64,000 nucleotides of DNA from Candidatus Marinacidobacterales bacterium (GTDB lineage: Bacteria > Acidobacteriota > Vicinamibacteria > Marinacidobacterales > DATDRI01): contig CBDCNP010000002.1 in assembly GCA_965219415.1 (NCBI GenBank), positions 2,752,001 through 2,816,000 of the forward strand, written 5' to 3'. Below are positions 1 through 9,621 of this stretch, one piece after another. Under the pieces are notes generated by a model. It had not been told where the DNA came from, did no database searches, and saw only the letters and a list, made by a program, of their open reading frames with translations. The first letter of the stretch is position 1. The number at the start of each line of letters is the position of its first letter. The position numbers and the translations under genes were made by a program.

Positions 1-694
1 TGACGTCTTCCTCGTTGCGAAGGTCGAGGGGCGGCTCACCGCCACCGGTATCGATGCGCGCCAGCTCTCGCCGCAACATCTCGATCGGAGCCAAAAGGCG
101 ATTCGCCAGATAAAAGGATGCAAGGAAGGAAGCGAGGACCACTCCCGCCGCCATTGCGGCGTTCGTCGCAATGGCCCCGAACAGTTCCTCCTTCAAAAAC
201 AAAGTACTGACTGCGACTCGAATCGAGCCGAAAGGCTCTCCGTCCACCAAAAAAGGAAGCTCGACCCCCAAAACATGGTGCCCTCGACTAAGCGCCCAGA
301 GCTGAGAAAGAGGACCGCGCGCCGAGAACTCCGACAAAGAATCGGCGCTAATCAAGAACGTTCCCTCTTGTCGAGGGTCGCTATGAAGGATCGCCACTCC
401 GAGCTGATCGGCTATGGCGACGTAAAGTGTCGTGGCCGAGTAACCCACGATCGCTTCCGCGTCGTTTCTCAGGGCGGCATCGGAGCGCAATGCGATGCGT
501 ATGTCTTCTTCTCCGTGCTCCCGTATGACACGCGAGGCCTGGTGATAGAGAGTTTGGCCAAGCAGCTCGGCGCGACTCTGGATCTCTGCCACCCCCAGCC
601 TGGCCAGTGAGGCTGCGTTCATCAAGCTAGTAGCCAGAGCGACCGCTCCTGCAACCAATGTCAGAGTCGCGATCTGCTTCCCACGGAATCCCAC
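1..694 (-). CDS. Membrane sensor protein (likely histidine kinase), N-terminal part; runs off the window
   Basis: Hand translation from GTG at 694: MGFRGKQIATLTLVAGAVALA..., second TM, then HAMP-like LANRLLAPIEMLRRELARIDTG...DLRNEEDV; directly downstream of an NtrC-type regulator. Confidence 0.75.
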   Translation of the reverse strand, partial: MGFRGKQIATLTLVAGAVALATSLMNAASLARLGVAEIQSRAELLGQTLYHQASRVIREHGEEDIRIALRSDAALRNDAEAIVGYSATTLYVAIADQLGVAILHSDPRQEGTFLISADSLSEFSARGPLSQLWALSRGHHVLGVELPFLVDGEPFGSIRVAVSTLFLKEELFGAIATNAAMAAGVVLASFLASFYLANRLLAPIEMLRRELARIDTGGGEPPLDLRNEEDV

Positions 695-802
695 TTTAGT
701 TACTCCCGAGTCGCGAGGGACGACCCTTCCAATACCGTGTGGTGGAGGGGCTCGTGGTTCATGACAAGATCCGCCCCCGCGGTCCGATTCTATCCCCCGG
801 GT

Positions 803-2173
803 TTAGGACTGGCGATACTTCTTGAGCTTGTTGTGAAGCGTCTTCAAGCTGATGCCCAGGATCTCTGCTGCCCGGGTCTTGTTGTGACCGGTGGCCTCGA
901 GCGTTTTTAGGATCAAATTTCGCTCCGCCTGTTCCACCGTCGTTCCTACACGCAGGGCCAATTCATCCGAATCGAATGCGCCGGTCTCCGCCTTCGGACC
1001 ACGCGTTACGAAGGGAGGAAGCTCCTCCAAACCGATCTGCTGGTCGGATGCGACGATGACGGCTCGTTCGATAACGTTGCGCAACTCTCGCACATTCCCC
1101 GGCCAATGGTAGCCAGCCAATGCACGGATCGCCCGGGGCTCCGCTCCGGAAAGCGGTTTGCCGTTTAGCTCGCCAAACTCCCGTACAAAATGCTCGACGA
1201 GAAGTGGCACATCGTCCAGCCGCTCGCGGAGGGGTGGCAGATACAGTCGAAAGACGTTGAGCCGATAGTAGAGATCTTCTCGAAGTTTTCCCTCTTTCAG
1301 CGCCGTCTCAGGATTTCGGTTGGTGGCCGCGAGCACCCTCACGTCCACCTGGATTTCTTCCTGGCCCCCCAACCGTCTAAACGCTCGCTCCTCGAGTACT
1401 CGCAGCAACTTCACCTGGGTTGCTGGAGCCATCTCTACGACCTCGTCCAAAAAGAGCGTTCCGTTATCGGCGAGCTCGAAACAGCCCTCCCGGCGTCCTT
1501 CCGCGCCGGTGAAGGCACCCTTCTCGTGTCCGAATATTTCACTTTCGAGTAGCGCTTCCGGAATAGCCGAACAATTGATGGGGACGAACGGCCCTTTGTT
1601 CCGAGGGGAAAGTTCGTGAAGACTTCGCGCCACGAGCTCCTTGCCGGTACCGGATTCGCCTACCAACAGCACGGAAGCAGACGACGGGCCCGCCTGCATG
1701 AGCTGGTCGTAGAGCCTACGCATGGGAGCACTCTTCCCTACCATCTGTCCGAAACGACCGGTCGTTTCGATCGCACTTTGATAGCGCTCCAGCTCCGCCA
1801 ATATCACCGATCGTCCAGTGGCTCTTTCGAGAACCGCCTTCAGCCGGCCGGTCTCGACCGGTTTCGTCAAATAGTCGAAGGCCCCCTGCTTCATAGCCTC
1901 AACCGCACTAGCGATAGTGCCCTTCGCAGTGAGCATGACAAAAGATAAATAGCCGAGGCTCCCGGAGAGCGCACGGAGAAGCTCCATCCCATTCATGCGC
2001 GGCATGATGAGATCCGCGATAACGACTTGAGGGCGGAAGCTTGCGACCTTCTCGAGTGCCTCCGCACCGTCGGCGGCGGTCTCCGCTGTATAGCCCCAAC
2101 TCGCGACGAGCTCTGCCAGGCCACGGCGTGAGCCTGACTCGTCGTCCACGATGAGCACTCCTTGCTTTTCCAT
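803..2173 (-). CDS. Sigma54-dependent response regulator (NtrC/AtoC family: REC-AAA+-Fis HTH)
   Basis: REC (LIVDDE, DLIMP), GESGTGKE, GHEKGAFTGA, WPGNVRELRN, C-terminal HTH. Confidence 0.95.
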   Translation of the reverse strand: MEKQGVLIVDDESGSRRGLAELVASWGYTAETAADGAEALEKVASFRPQVVIADLIMPRMNGMELLRALSGSLGYLSFVMLTAKGTIASAVEAMKQGAFDYLTKPVETGRLKAVLERATGRSVILAELERYQSAIETTGRFGQMVGKSAPMRRLYDQLMQAGPSSASVLLVGESGTGKELVARSLHELSPRNKGPFVPINCSAIPEALLESEIFGHEKGAFTGAEGRREGCFELADNGTLFLDEVVEMAPATQVKLLRVLEERAFRRLGGQEEIQVDVRVLAATNRNPETALKEGKLREDLYYRLNVFRLYLPPLRERLDDVPLLVEHFVREFGELNGKPLSGAEPRAIRALAGYHWPGNVRELRNVIERAVIVASDQQIGLEELPPFVTRGPKAETGAFDSDELALRVGTTVEQAERNLILKTLEATGHNKTRAAEILGISLKTLHNKLKKYRQS

Positions 2174-2221
2174 CTCGTCACTCGATGCGTTGGTGTCTAT
2201 ACCTCGGACTCAAGTATATCG

Positions 2222-2315
2222 CTAGTGCCCTGTATCAGTAATTCGTCACCTAAATCTCGGCCCCTTTTGCGCGCTGGCTTCGTTATGACTCCTCGACACT
2301 GATACAGGACTCTAG
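2222..2315. mobile_element. 94-bp MITE-like element with 18-bp terminal inverted repeats bounded by CTAG
   Basis: CTAGTGCCCTGTATCAGT (2222-2239) vs ACTGATACAGGACTCTAG (2298-2315): 16/18 inverted match. Confidence 0.6.
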
Positions 2316-2350
2316 GTTCTTGGTGATCAACCACACCGACCCGATAGGCG

Positions 2351-3103
2351 ATGTGCGCTAGAATGTTCGGCATGAATCTGGATGAGCTCCTTTCGCCTTT
2401 GGGTGGGAGGCTCGTCCTGCTGGCGATGGTGCTCGCGGTGGTTGGGTTCGGTTTTCTGGCCCTGCTGGGAAGCTGGCTGTTGGATTTCGCTAGAAACCGA
2501 ACGGCGGCCAGTCTTAGACCACTGCGCAGCCTCTTTGCCCTCCTCCTCTCGATCGCCTTCCTCGCCTCGGCGGCGGCCGCCGCTTTCTTGTCGACCTCCC
2601 TCAGAACCTACGGTGTCTTCACCGATCACACGCTCGTGGCTCGTATCGAATGTGAACGGATCACCGACAATCCTGATTACCAGATGCTGTTGCGCTACGC
2701 TCCGCAAGAAGACGGACGGGACGGAGAGCCCGTCCACTACCTCCTGAAAGGAGACATGTGGGAAGTGGGTGGCGACATACTGAAGTGGGACCCCAAGCTC
2801 TCCCTCCTCGGCATCCATGCCAGCCAAAAGGTGACTCGTATTTCGAGCTATGCGCGGGATCCTGACCAGAGCGAGGATTCGGACTCCGACTACAAGCTCA
2901 ATGGGGGCACCGATAAGCTTTGGTTGTGGCTGCACGAGCACGGGCAGAAACTCCCGTTCGTGGAGGCCGTTTACGGGAGCGCCGCCGTGTTCACCCTACC
3001 CAGCTCGAATCAGGCGTTCGAGCTCTACATCGGTCAAGACGACTACTCACTCAAGAAAGTGCCCCGCAGCGTCCTGCCGCGTTCAATAGAGCCGCCTGGC
3101 TAG
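2351..3103 (+). CDS. Hypothetical membrane protein (2 TM + soluble domain)
   Basis: 250-aa ORF with hydrophobic N-terminal segments; start may be 2372. Confidence 0.75.
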   Translation: MCARMFGMNLDELLSPLGGRLVLLAMVLAVVGFGFLALLGSWLLDFARNRTAASLRPLRSLFALLLSIAFLASAAAAAFLSTSLRTYGVFTDHTLVARIECERITDNPDYQMLLRYAPQEDGRDGEPVHYLLKGDMWEVGGDILKWDPKLSLLGIHASQKVTRISSYARDPDQSEDSDSDYKLNGGTDKLWLWLHEHGQKLPFVEAVYGSAAVFTLPSSNQAFELYIGQDDYSLKKVPRSVLPRSIEPPG

Positions 3104-3195
3104 CTCGATATTGGCACTGGGTATTTTGGCGGCCAACAGGATCTAACGATCCGCCTGCTAGCTCGAGCAACTGGGTATTTTGGCGGCCAGTAGGA
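3092..3195. repeat. Imperfect two-unit direct repeat in a convergent intergenic region
   Basis: ACTGGGTATTTTGGCGGCCA at 3116-3135 and 3170-3189; CCGCCTG(G)CTAGCTCGA at 3092-3108 and 3151-3166. Confidence 0.7.
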
Positions 3196-3280
3196 ACCAA
3201 AGGGCACACGACGCCCACTGGACTCCAAGCAGGATCAGCTCCCGATCTTGAAGCAGCCTGCTATTGCCGGGGCGCTCGAA

Positions 3281-4609
3281 TCAGGAGTGCTTCCGCTCGA
3301 TCCGAATATGTAGGGTGAGGTTGAACTCTACTTCTTCCGCGTCGGGATCGATGGATAGCCGAACCGGGACGACGACTCGCTGCGGGCTGCCTTCCGAACC
3401 CAGCCTCGCCTCGATCTTAGCTCGACCGCGGAAGTGTTCGACCCCGCTTCGGACAGGTCGACGAAGGCCTGCCCTTCCACATCCAACTCTTGAAAACCCA
3501 CGTCGGAGTCACTGGCGCCACCGGGAGCGGTGATGGCATCCGCATGCGACGCCGAGTCGGCAGCTCCGAGCTCGTCCACCAGCATGTCGATCTCGTTGTC
3601 TTCTCTGGGCACGGTTTTCTGCAGTCGATCCTGATCTTGCCTGCGCCTCCACGCTCCGCCCAGAGAAGTCTTCTTGGATTGAGACGCCGGATCTTGCTCC
3701 CCGGATAGCGCTCCTTCGAGCACTTCTTCGATGTCGAGCTCCTTGAAAGCCTCTCCCGGCGACTCGCTCGCAGCCTCGCGCGTCGAGGGCTTAGTGATCG
3801 CCTTCCGCCGAATATCTCCCGACAACTCGTCCTTTTGGTCTCCGGTGAAAGGGTCCACCGCAGCGGCGCTCATGTCGGCGCCGTCATTCGCCGATACGCT
3901 TCCTTCGTTTGCGAAGGGATCGGTCGATTCCTTGGCCCGCCACCGGGCATCTGCTGGGGACCCACCGACCGCGACCGAAGCGGCAGGCTGTGGTGCTGGC
4001 AGAGCTTTTCCGGGTTTCGCAGCGTATTTCTCCATCACCGATCTCAAGACCAGACCACTAATCGCTTTCAGCGTGTCCTCGACTCCTATCCCCTCGGTAG
4101 CCACTGTTTCGTAGAAAGGAACGTTGAGCTTGTTGACCTTGTCGCTCATCTCCTCGACGCTCATGACGTCGGGGAGATCGCGTTTGTTGTATTGAATCAC
4201 CAACGGGATCTCTTCGATGCGCAGGTCGTGGGCCAAGAGATTCTGTTGGAGGTTCGCGAGGCTCTCTTGATTGGCCTCCAGCATAGTGGGCTGGGAGTCG
4301 GCCACGAAGACGACCCCGTCGGCACCCTTTAGCACCATCCGGCGTGTGGTGTTGTAAAAGACCTGGCCGGGCACGGTATAGATCTGAACGCGAGTCTTGA
4401 TTCCCCGCATCACACCGGCTTCGAGTGGGAGGAAATCGAAGTAGAGGGTGCGGTCGGTCTCGGTGGCCAGCGTGAGCAGCCGCCCTTTGTTCTTGAGGGG
4501 CAGCTCGTCGTAAATATATTGCAGATTGGCGGTTTTACCGCTCAGACCAGGACCGTAGTTACACGATCTTAGCGGTCAGCTCTTTGAGAGAGTAGTTAAA
4601 TAGTACCAC
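3281..4609 (-). CDS. mglA: MglA-family small GTPase with long acidic C-terminal extension (two apparent frameshifts, ~4560 and ~3420)
   Basis: MVLFNYSLKELTAKIV/YYGPGLSGKTANLQYIY...TETDRTLYFDFLP...QIYTVPGQVFYN...QYNKRD; extra A at ~4560; alternative frame at the 3' end gives KIEARLGSEGSPQRVVVPVRLSIDPDAEEVEFNLTLHIRIERKHS*. Confidence 0.85.
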
Positions 4610-4772
4610 CGGGCAAACCTACCCCGGTCGAATTGGATCACAGAGCGCTCAGGGTATTTTAGCGCCTATCGGCCACAAGTTCAAGCGGCTCTATATATTA
4701 TGCGCGATCGCCCCGCGAGCCGGATGATTTTGCCGCCACCTCTCAACTAGATCGGCTATTCTAGGCCCATCT

Positions 4773-7157
4773 ATGGCGGAGATCCTTGCCCCCGCTGACC
4801 GCGCGCTCGCCCTAAGGAAAGCCATCTCCGAAATCGAGGCCGAAACCACTCGAGTTCCCGGCATCACCGCCTTCCGCCACTACCCAGCCTTGCCCGGAAG
4901 TTACGCCGATTTCCCCCCTGAGCTCTCTCCTCGTCTGGTCGAGGTCTTGCGTCAACGGGGCATCGAAAGACTCTACTCCCATCAAATCGAAGCCTTCGAG
5001 AGAGTGCAGGCCGGCGAGAATGTCGTGGTGGTCACGCCGACCGCCTCGGGAAAGACACTTTGCTACAACCTGCCCGTACTCGACGCCGCGCTACGCAACC
5101 CTGAAACCCGCGCCCTGTATCTTTTCCCGACCAAGGCTCTTTCCCAGGATCAGTTGGCAGAGCTCCATGCCATGATCGAAGAGTTAGACGTAGACATCCG
5201 CACCTTCACCTATGACGGGGATACGCCGCAGGACGCCCGTAAGGCGATCCGCTCGAGGGGACACCTCGTAGTCACCAACCCCGACATGCTTCACAGCGGT
5301 ATCCTTCCTCACCATCCGAAGTGGGTCAAGCTGTTCGAGAATCTCCGCTACATCGTCATCGACGAAGTGCATGCGTACCGGGGGGTTTTCGGGAGCCATC
5401 TGACGAACATCCTTCGCCGCCTCCAACGGATCTGCGCCTTCTACGGCACTCAACCGCAGTTCATTTGCTCATCGGCAACCATCGCCAATCCTCAAGAGTT
5501 GACCGAGAAGCTGATCGATGCCCCGGCGAGCCTCATCGACACCAACGGGGCTCCGCGGGGGGAGAAGTACTTCCTCTTCTACAATCCTCCGGTCGTCAAT
5601 CGAGAGCTGGGTATCCGGCGGTCCTATATCCACGAAGCGCGCCGTCTGGCTCTGTCTTTCTTGAGGCGTGGCTTGCAAACCATCGTCTTTGCAACCAGCC
5701 GTCTCAATACCGAGGTGCTGGTCACGTACTTGAAGGACGCGCTCGAGAAAGAAGTCACCGCGCAGGACTTGGTTCGCGGTTACCGCGGGGGATACTTGCC
5801 GGAGAAACGTCGGGAGATCGAACGAGGGCTGCGCGAAGGCAGCGTCTTGGGTGTCGTGTCGACCAACGCCCTCGAGCTCGGGATCGACATCGGCAACCTC
5901 GATGTCGCGATTCTTGCCGGGTATCCGGGGACGATCGCGTCGACTTGGCAGCAGGCGGGACGATCGGGTCGAAGAACCGGCTCCTCGGTTGCGATCCTGG
6001 TCGCAAACAGCAGTCCCATAAACCAGTTTGTGGTGAATCACCCGGACTACTTCTTCTCCGGCTCGCCAGAGCACGGTCTCGTGAATCCTGACAATCTGTC
6101 GATCTTGCTCGATCACGTGAAGTGCGCCGCCTTCGAGCTACCATTCCAACAAAGCGAAAGTTTCGGTGAGGAAAACCTCCAAGAGATGCTCGGCTTCCTG
6201 GAAGAGCACCAACTGGTACACCATTCCGGCGATCGCTGGCACTGGACGAGCGAGTCGTATCCCGCCGATGAGGTGAGCTTGCGCTCGGTAAGCTCCGACA
6301 ATTTTGTGGTCGTGGACGAAACGACCAAACCTCGGGTGATCGCGGAGGTCGACTACACCAGCGCGTTCTCCACACTCCACGACAAGGCCATTTACATCGT
6401 AGAAGGACAGCAATACTACGTGGAGCGTTTCGACCACACCGAGCGAAGAGCGACGGTTCGCCAGTGCGATACGGATTACTTCACCGATGCCATCACTTAC
6501 ACCAAAGTCAATATTCTCGATCGATTCGACTCGAACTCGGTGGGAGCATCGGTTCGTTCGCACGGTGAGGTCCACGTGGTCTCCCAGGTCGTCGGTTTCA
6601 AGAAGATCAAGTTCTACACACTCGAAAACGTGGGCTCGGGTGAGCTCAGCATGCCGGAGCAAGAGATGCACACTACGGCCTACTGGCTCACGGTCGGTCG
6701 AGAGGTGTTAGCCGCGTTGGAAGCGAACTCCGAGCAGAAGCGGGACGGTATCGTCGGCTTGGCCAACACACTCAAAACCGTCGCTATGCTCTTTCTTATG
6801 TGCGCCCGCTCCGACCTCGGGGTTGCGATCGGAGACAACTCGCAGGGCTTTGCCTCGATCGAGAAAGGTTTCAAACGGCCACCGGGCGCTACACCGCAAC
6901 CCGAGGCCGCGACAGAATTGGACCCCGCCTACGAGCCTAATATCTTCCTCTACGACAATTACCCGGGCGGCATCGGCTTTTCGGAGCCATCGTTCAGGCT
7001 CCATGACAAACTCCTCTGCGAAGGCAAGAGGCTCATCGAGAGCTGCCCCTGCAAGGACGGATGCCCTTCCTGCGTCGGCCCCGTGGGAGAGGTGGGAGCC
7101 AAAGGGAAAGAAGTTGCGCTCGCCATCCTCACGCGAATCGTGCCAGACTATCTCTGA
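4773..7157 (+). CDS. DEAD/DEAH helicase with C-terminal DUF1998 (MrfA/YprA/SftH family)
   Basis: TPTASGKT, DEVH, SAT, QQAGRSGR, C-terminal CPCKDGCPSC. Confidence 0.93.
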   Translation: MAEILAPADRALALRKAISEIEAETTRVPGITAFRHYPALPGSYADFPPELSPRLVEVLRQRGIERLYSHQIEAFERVQAGENVVVVTPTASGKTLCYNLPVLDAALRNPETRALYLFPTKALSQDQLAELHAMIEELDVDIRTFTYDGDTPQDARKAIRSRGHLVVTNPDMLHSGILPHHPKWVKLFENLRYIVIDEVHAYRGVFGSHLTNILRRLQRICAFYGTQPQFICSSATIANPQELTEKLIDAPASLIDTNGAPRGEKYFLFYNPPVVNRELGIRRSYIHEARRLALSFLRRGLQTIVFATSRLNTEVLVTYLKDALEKEVTAQDLVRGYRGGYLPEKRREIERGLREGSVLGVVSTNALELGIDIGNLDVAILAGYPGTIASTWQQAGRSGRRTGSSVAILVANSSPINQFVVNHPDYFFSGSPEHGLVNPDNLSILLDHVKCAAFELPFQQSESFGEENLQEMLGFLEEHQLVHHSGDRWHWTSESYPADEVSLRSVSSDNFVVVDETTKPRVIAEVDYTSAFSTLHDKAIYIVEGQQYYVERFDHTERRATVRQCDTDYFTDAITYTKVNILDRFDSNSVGASVRSHGEVHVVSQVVGFKKIKFYTLENVGSGELSMPEQEMHTTAYWLTVGREVLAALEANSEQKRDGIVGLANTLKTVAMLFLMCARSDLGVAIGDNSQGFASIEKGFKRPPGATPQPEAATELDPAYEPNIFLYDNYPGGIGFSEPSFRLHDKLLCEGKRLIESCPCKDGCPSCVGPVGEVGAKGKEVALAILTRIVPDYL

Positions 7158-7192
7158 GTGGCCCTGAGTGGCCCCCCCACTGACTTCGACCA

Positions 7193-8590
7193 ATGCGCAC
7201 CCGGGACAAACTGGAGCGGCACTTCGAATCACGACCCGCCGCACCCGCGCAACGCCGCACCCCGCAGTCGGAGCCTGCGGCGAGCCCCAGCGAATCACTC
7301 CACCGTCTGGAGCGTGAGCTCCTGGGCGAGGCAGGGAACGACGACGCGCTTTCCATCAAAGAGCGGCTGGAACGCCTGGTGGCAGTCACCACCAAGACTC
7401 GTGCCGAACCGCCCCGAAAGACTCTTCACCAAGAACCAAGACGTATCGTCTCACTCGACGAGGTTCTGGAGGGAAGACGGGTCGAGAACGAAAAGGGCGC
7501 TTTCTATCAGGTCGACCATCGGTATCCACTCGACCACTGGCATGGGCAAATGAGCCTCTCGCGCCTCAAAGCCGTTCCACCTTCCGCGTTTTCGATACTC
7601 GCTCGAGGAGACGACGAGCTCGATCTATCGCGCGCGGTGTTTCTCGACACCGAGACCACCGGGCTCACTGGCGGGTCCGGCACCTGCGCTTTTTTGGTTG
7701 GACTCGGCTTCATCGAGGATGACAGCTTCGTAGTCCGCCAGCTCTTCATGCGTGACTACCCAGAAGAAGAAGCCATGCTGCATGAGTTGGCAAGCTTGCT
7801 GGCCCGGTTCGAAAGCCTGGTTACGTACAACGGCAAGACTTTCGACATTCCCCTCCTCGAGACTCGCCTGGTGCTCTCTCGCCTGAGCTTTCCACTGAGT
7901 GAGTTTCCCCATTTCGATCTTCTCCACCCGGCTCGCAGCCTGTGGAAGGCGCGACTCGATCGTTGTCGGCTCACGGACCTCGAGTACATGCTTCTCGATC
8001 TAGAGCGCGACGAGGACGTTCCGGGGGAACTGATTCCGAGTCTTTATTTCGACTACGTCCGAACGCGCGATGCCTCTCGCGTCTTCCGGGTCTTCACTCA
8101 CAACCGTTACGACATCGTTTCGTTGGCAGCTCTCACCGTGCTCGCCTCCGAGATGCTGGACGAAGACGCCTCGCCCGAGCACCCCATCGACGATTACAGC
8201 CTCGGTCGACTATTCGAGAGAGCCGACCTCCCGGAGCGTTCGATGCGACACTACAGCCGGGCGGTCGAGAGCGGGCTCTCCGGACCGGCGCGACGACGGT
8301 CGCTCCGGCAGTTGGCGCAACAACTCAAGCGTCGCCAACAATGGGAAGAGTCTACCGCGGTGTGGAAAGAGCTGGCATCTGGTGACGGCCCCGAAGCCAT
8401 CGAGGCAATAGAGGAGCTGACGAAGCATTTGGAGCACAAGGAGCGTGATTTCGAAGGCGCAATCGCTTACTGCCAGGACGCGATCACGCGGGTCGAAGAG
8501 GATGTCAGGTTACCGCTTGCACTTCGCGAACGATGGCGGGAATCCTTCAGGCATCGCAGACGACGTCTAAAGCGAAAAGAAAAACGCTGA
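7193..8590 (+). CDS. RNase H-like/DnaQ exonuclease with TPR-like tail (MrfB/YprB family)
   Basis: FLDTETTGL, YNGKTFDIP, HNRYDI; immediately follows the DUF1998 helicase. Confidence 0.88.
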   Translation: MRTRDKLERHFESRPAAPAQRRTPQSEPAASPSESLHRLERELLGEAGNDDALSIKERLERLVAVTTKTRAEPPRKTLHQEPRRIVSLDEVLEGRRVENEKGAFYQVDHRYPLDHWHGQMSLSRLKAVPPSAFSILARGDDELDLSRAVFLDTETTGLTGGSGTCAFLVGLGFIEDDSFVVRQLFMRDYPEEEAMLHELASLLARFESLVTYNGKTFDIPLLETRLVLSRLSFPLSEFPHFDLLHPARSLWKARLDRCRLTDLEYMLLDLERDEDVPGELIPSLYFDYVRTRDASRVFRVFTHNRYDIVSLAALTVLASEMLDEDASPEHPIDDYSLGRLFERADLPERSMRHYSRAVESGLSGPARRRSLRQLAQQLKRRQQWEESTAVWKELASGDGPEAIEAIEELTKHLEHKERDFEGAIAYCQDAITRVEEDVRLPLALRERWRESFRHRRRRLKRKEKR

Positions 8591-8610
8591 AGGCCAGCGA
8601 ATCGGACTCC

Positions 8611-8856
8611 TCAGCCGCCACTCACTGGCGGTAGGAAAGCCACTTCGTCTTCCGACTGCAGCTCGACGGCACGGTCAACGATGTCTTGGTTGACGGCGAT
8701 CTTAACGATTTCGGTGTAGGGCGATAGTTTGGGGTGTTCGGTGAGTAGTCTCTCCCAGAGCCCGCCCGCGGTCGTCCCCTGAGCAATGTCAAACTCCATC
8801 TCCTCCCGACCCGCGATCTCTCGCACACCAGCGAAGAGTTTCAGGTGAACTTTCAT
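8611..8856 (-). CDS. moaD: Molybdopterin synthase sulfur carrier
   Basis: 81 aa ending FLPPVSGG. Confidence 0.93.
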   Translation of the reverse strand: MKVHLKLFAGVREIAGREEMEFDIAQGTTAGGLWERLLTEHPKLSPYTEIVKIAVNQDIVDRAVELQSEDEVAFLPPVSGG

Positions 8857-9296
8857 TCCTTCGCGGTCTCCACTGCCTCGGTGGGCTCAGTAGGACCCTC
8901 GACCCACAACTCCCCGTCTTCGAAGACCTCTTTCTTCCAAACCGGCACGATGCGTTTGAACCGATTGATGGCGTATTGACAGGCTGCGAACGCGTCGTCC
9001 CGATGGGGTGCAGACACGACAATAAGTATGCTGGTCTCGCCGACATTGAGGCGTCCAACTCGATGCTCCATCGCGACGCTGGTCAGCCCCCAGGTCGCTC
9101 GGATCTCGTCGCCAATTCGCTTCATCATCTCGATGGCCATTTCGGGGTAGGCCTCGTACTCCAGAAAGAGCACCTTCTTGCCCCGGTTGTTTCCCCGGAC
9201 GATTCCAGCGAAAGTCACCACCGCTCCATCTTTGTCGCTCGCCACGGCATGCGTGAGCTTTTTGGCCTCTAGAATGTCTTGAACGATTTTGTACAT
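8853..9296 (-). CDS. moaE: Molybdopterin synthase catalytic subunit
   Basis: GAVVTFAGIVR, LEYEAYPEMA, HRVG, PVWKKE; ATGA overlap with moaD. Confidence 0.93.
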   Translation of the reverse strand: MYKIVQDILEAKKLTHAVASDKDGAVVTFAGIVRGNNRGKKVLFLEYEAYPEMAIEMMKRIGDEIRATWGLTSVAMEHRVGRLNVGETSILIVVSAPHRDDAFAACQYAINRFKRIVPVWKKEVFEDGELWVEGPTEPTEAVETAKE

Positions 9297-9621
9297 CAAA
9301 GCCAGCTTTTTTAGAGGTTTACAGGGAACCATCTCCCGCCACCCTCTTGCAAAATGTCCCCGATGAGCTTCTCAAATACTAGCATAAGACGACCCTACTA
9401 CCCATGCCGTCCGGGGCCTCCGGAGGGAGGCCCCGGCGAAGCGTTCCGCCTGCCCCTCCCGCACCCCCTGGGTCGTCCATAGCCTGTCGATATCAGCGGT
9501 TACTTGACGCCGAGCCTTACCATCGGCTATCCTTCATTAACTTCTAAGACGTCTCTCCAACCTACGTTAATGGAAGCTTTTAGGCGGCAGTTTCCAATCA
9601 TCGATTGAGCCAACGGAGCAA

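Noticed and set aside
3092-3195. Mini CRISPR array
   Set aside because: Only two units, the 'spacers' resemble each other, and there are no cas genes.
4773-8590. DISARM/Druantia-type defence system
   Set aside because: No methylase or other defence genes nearby; the pair fits MrfAB.
9411-9436. c-di-GMP or Moco riboswitch between moaE and the cyclase
   Set aside because: Only a simple GC hairpin (CCGGGGCCTCC-GGAG-GGAGGCCCCGG) is visible; no riboswitch consensus was recognised.
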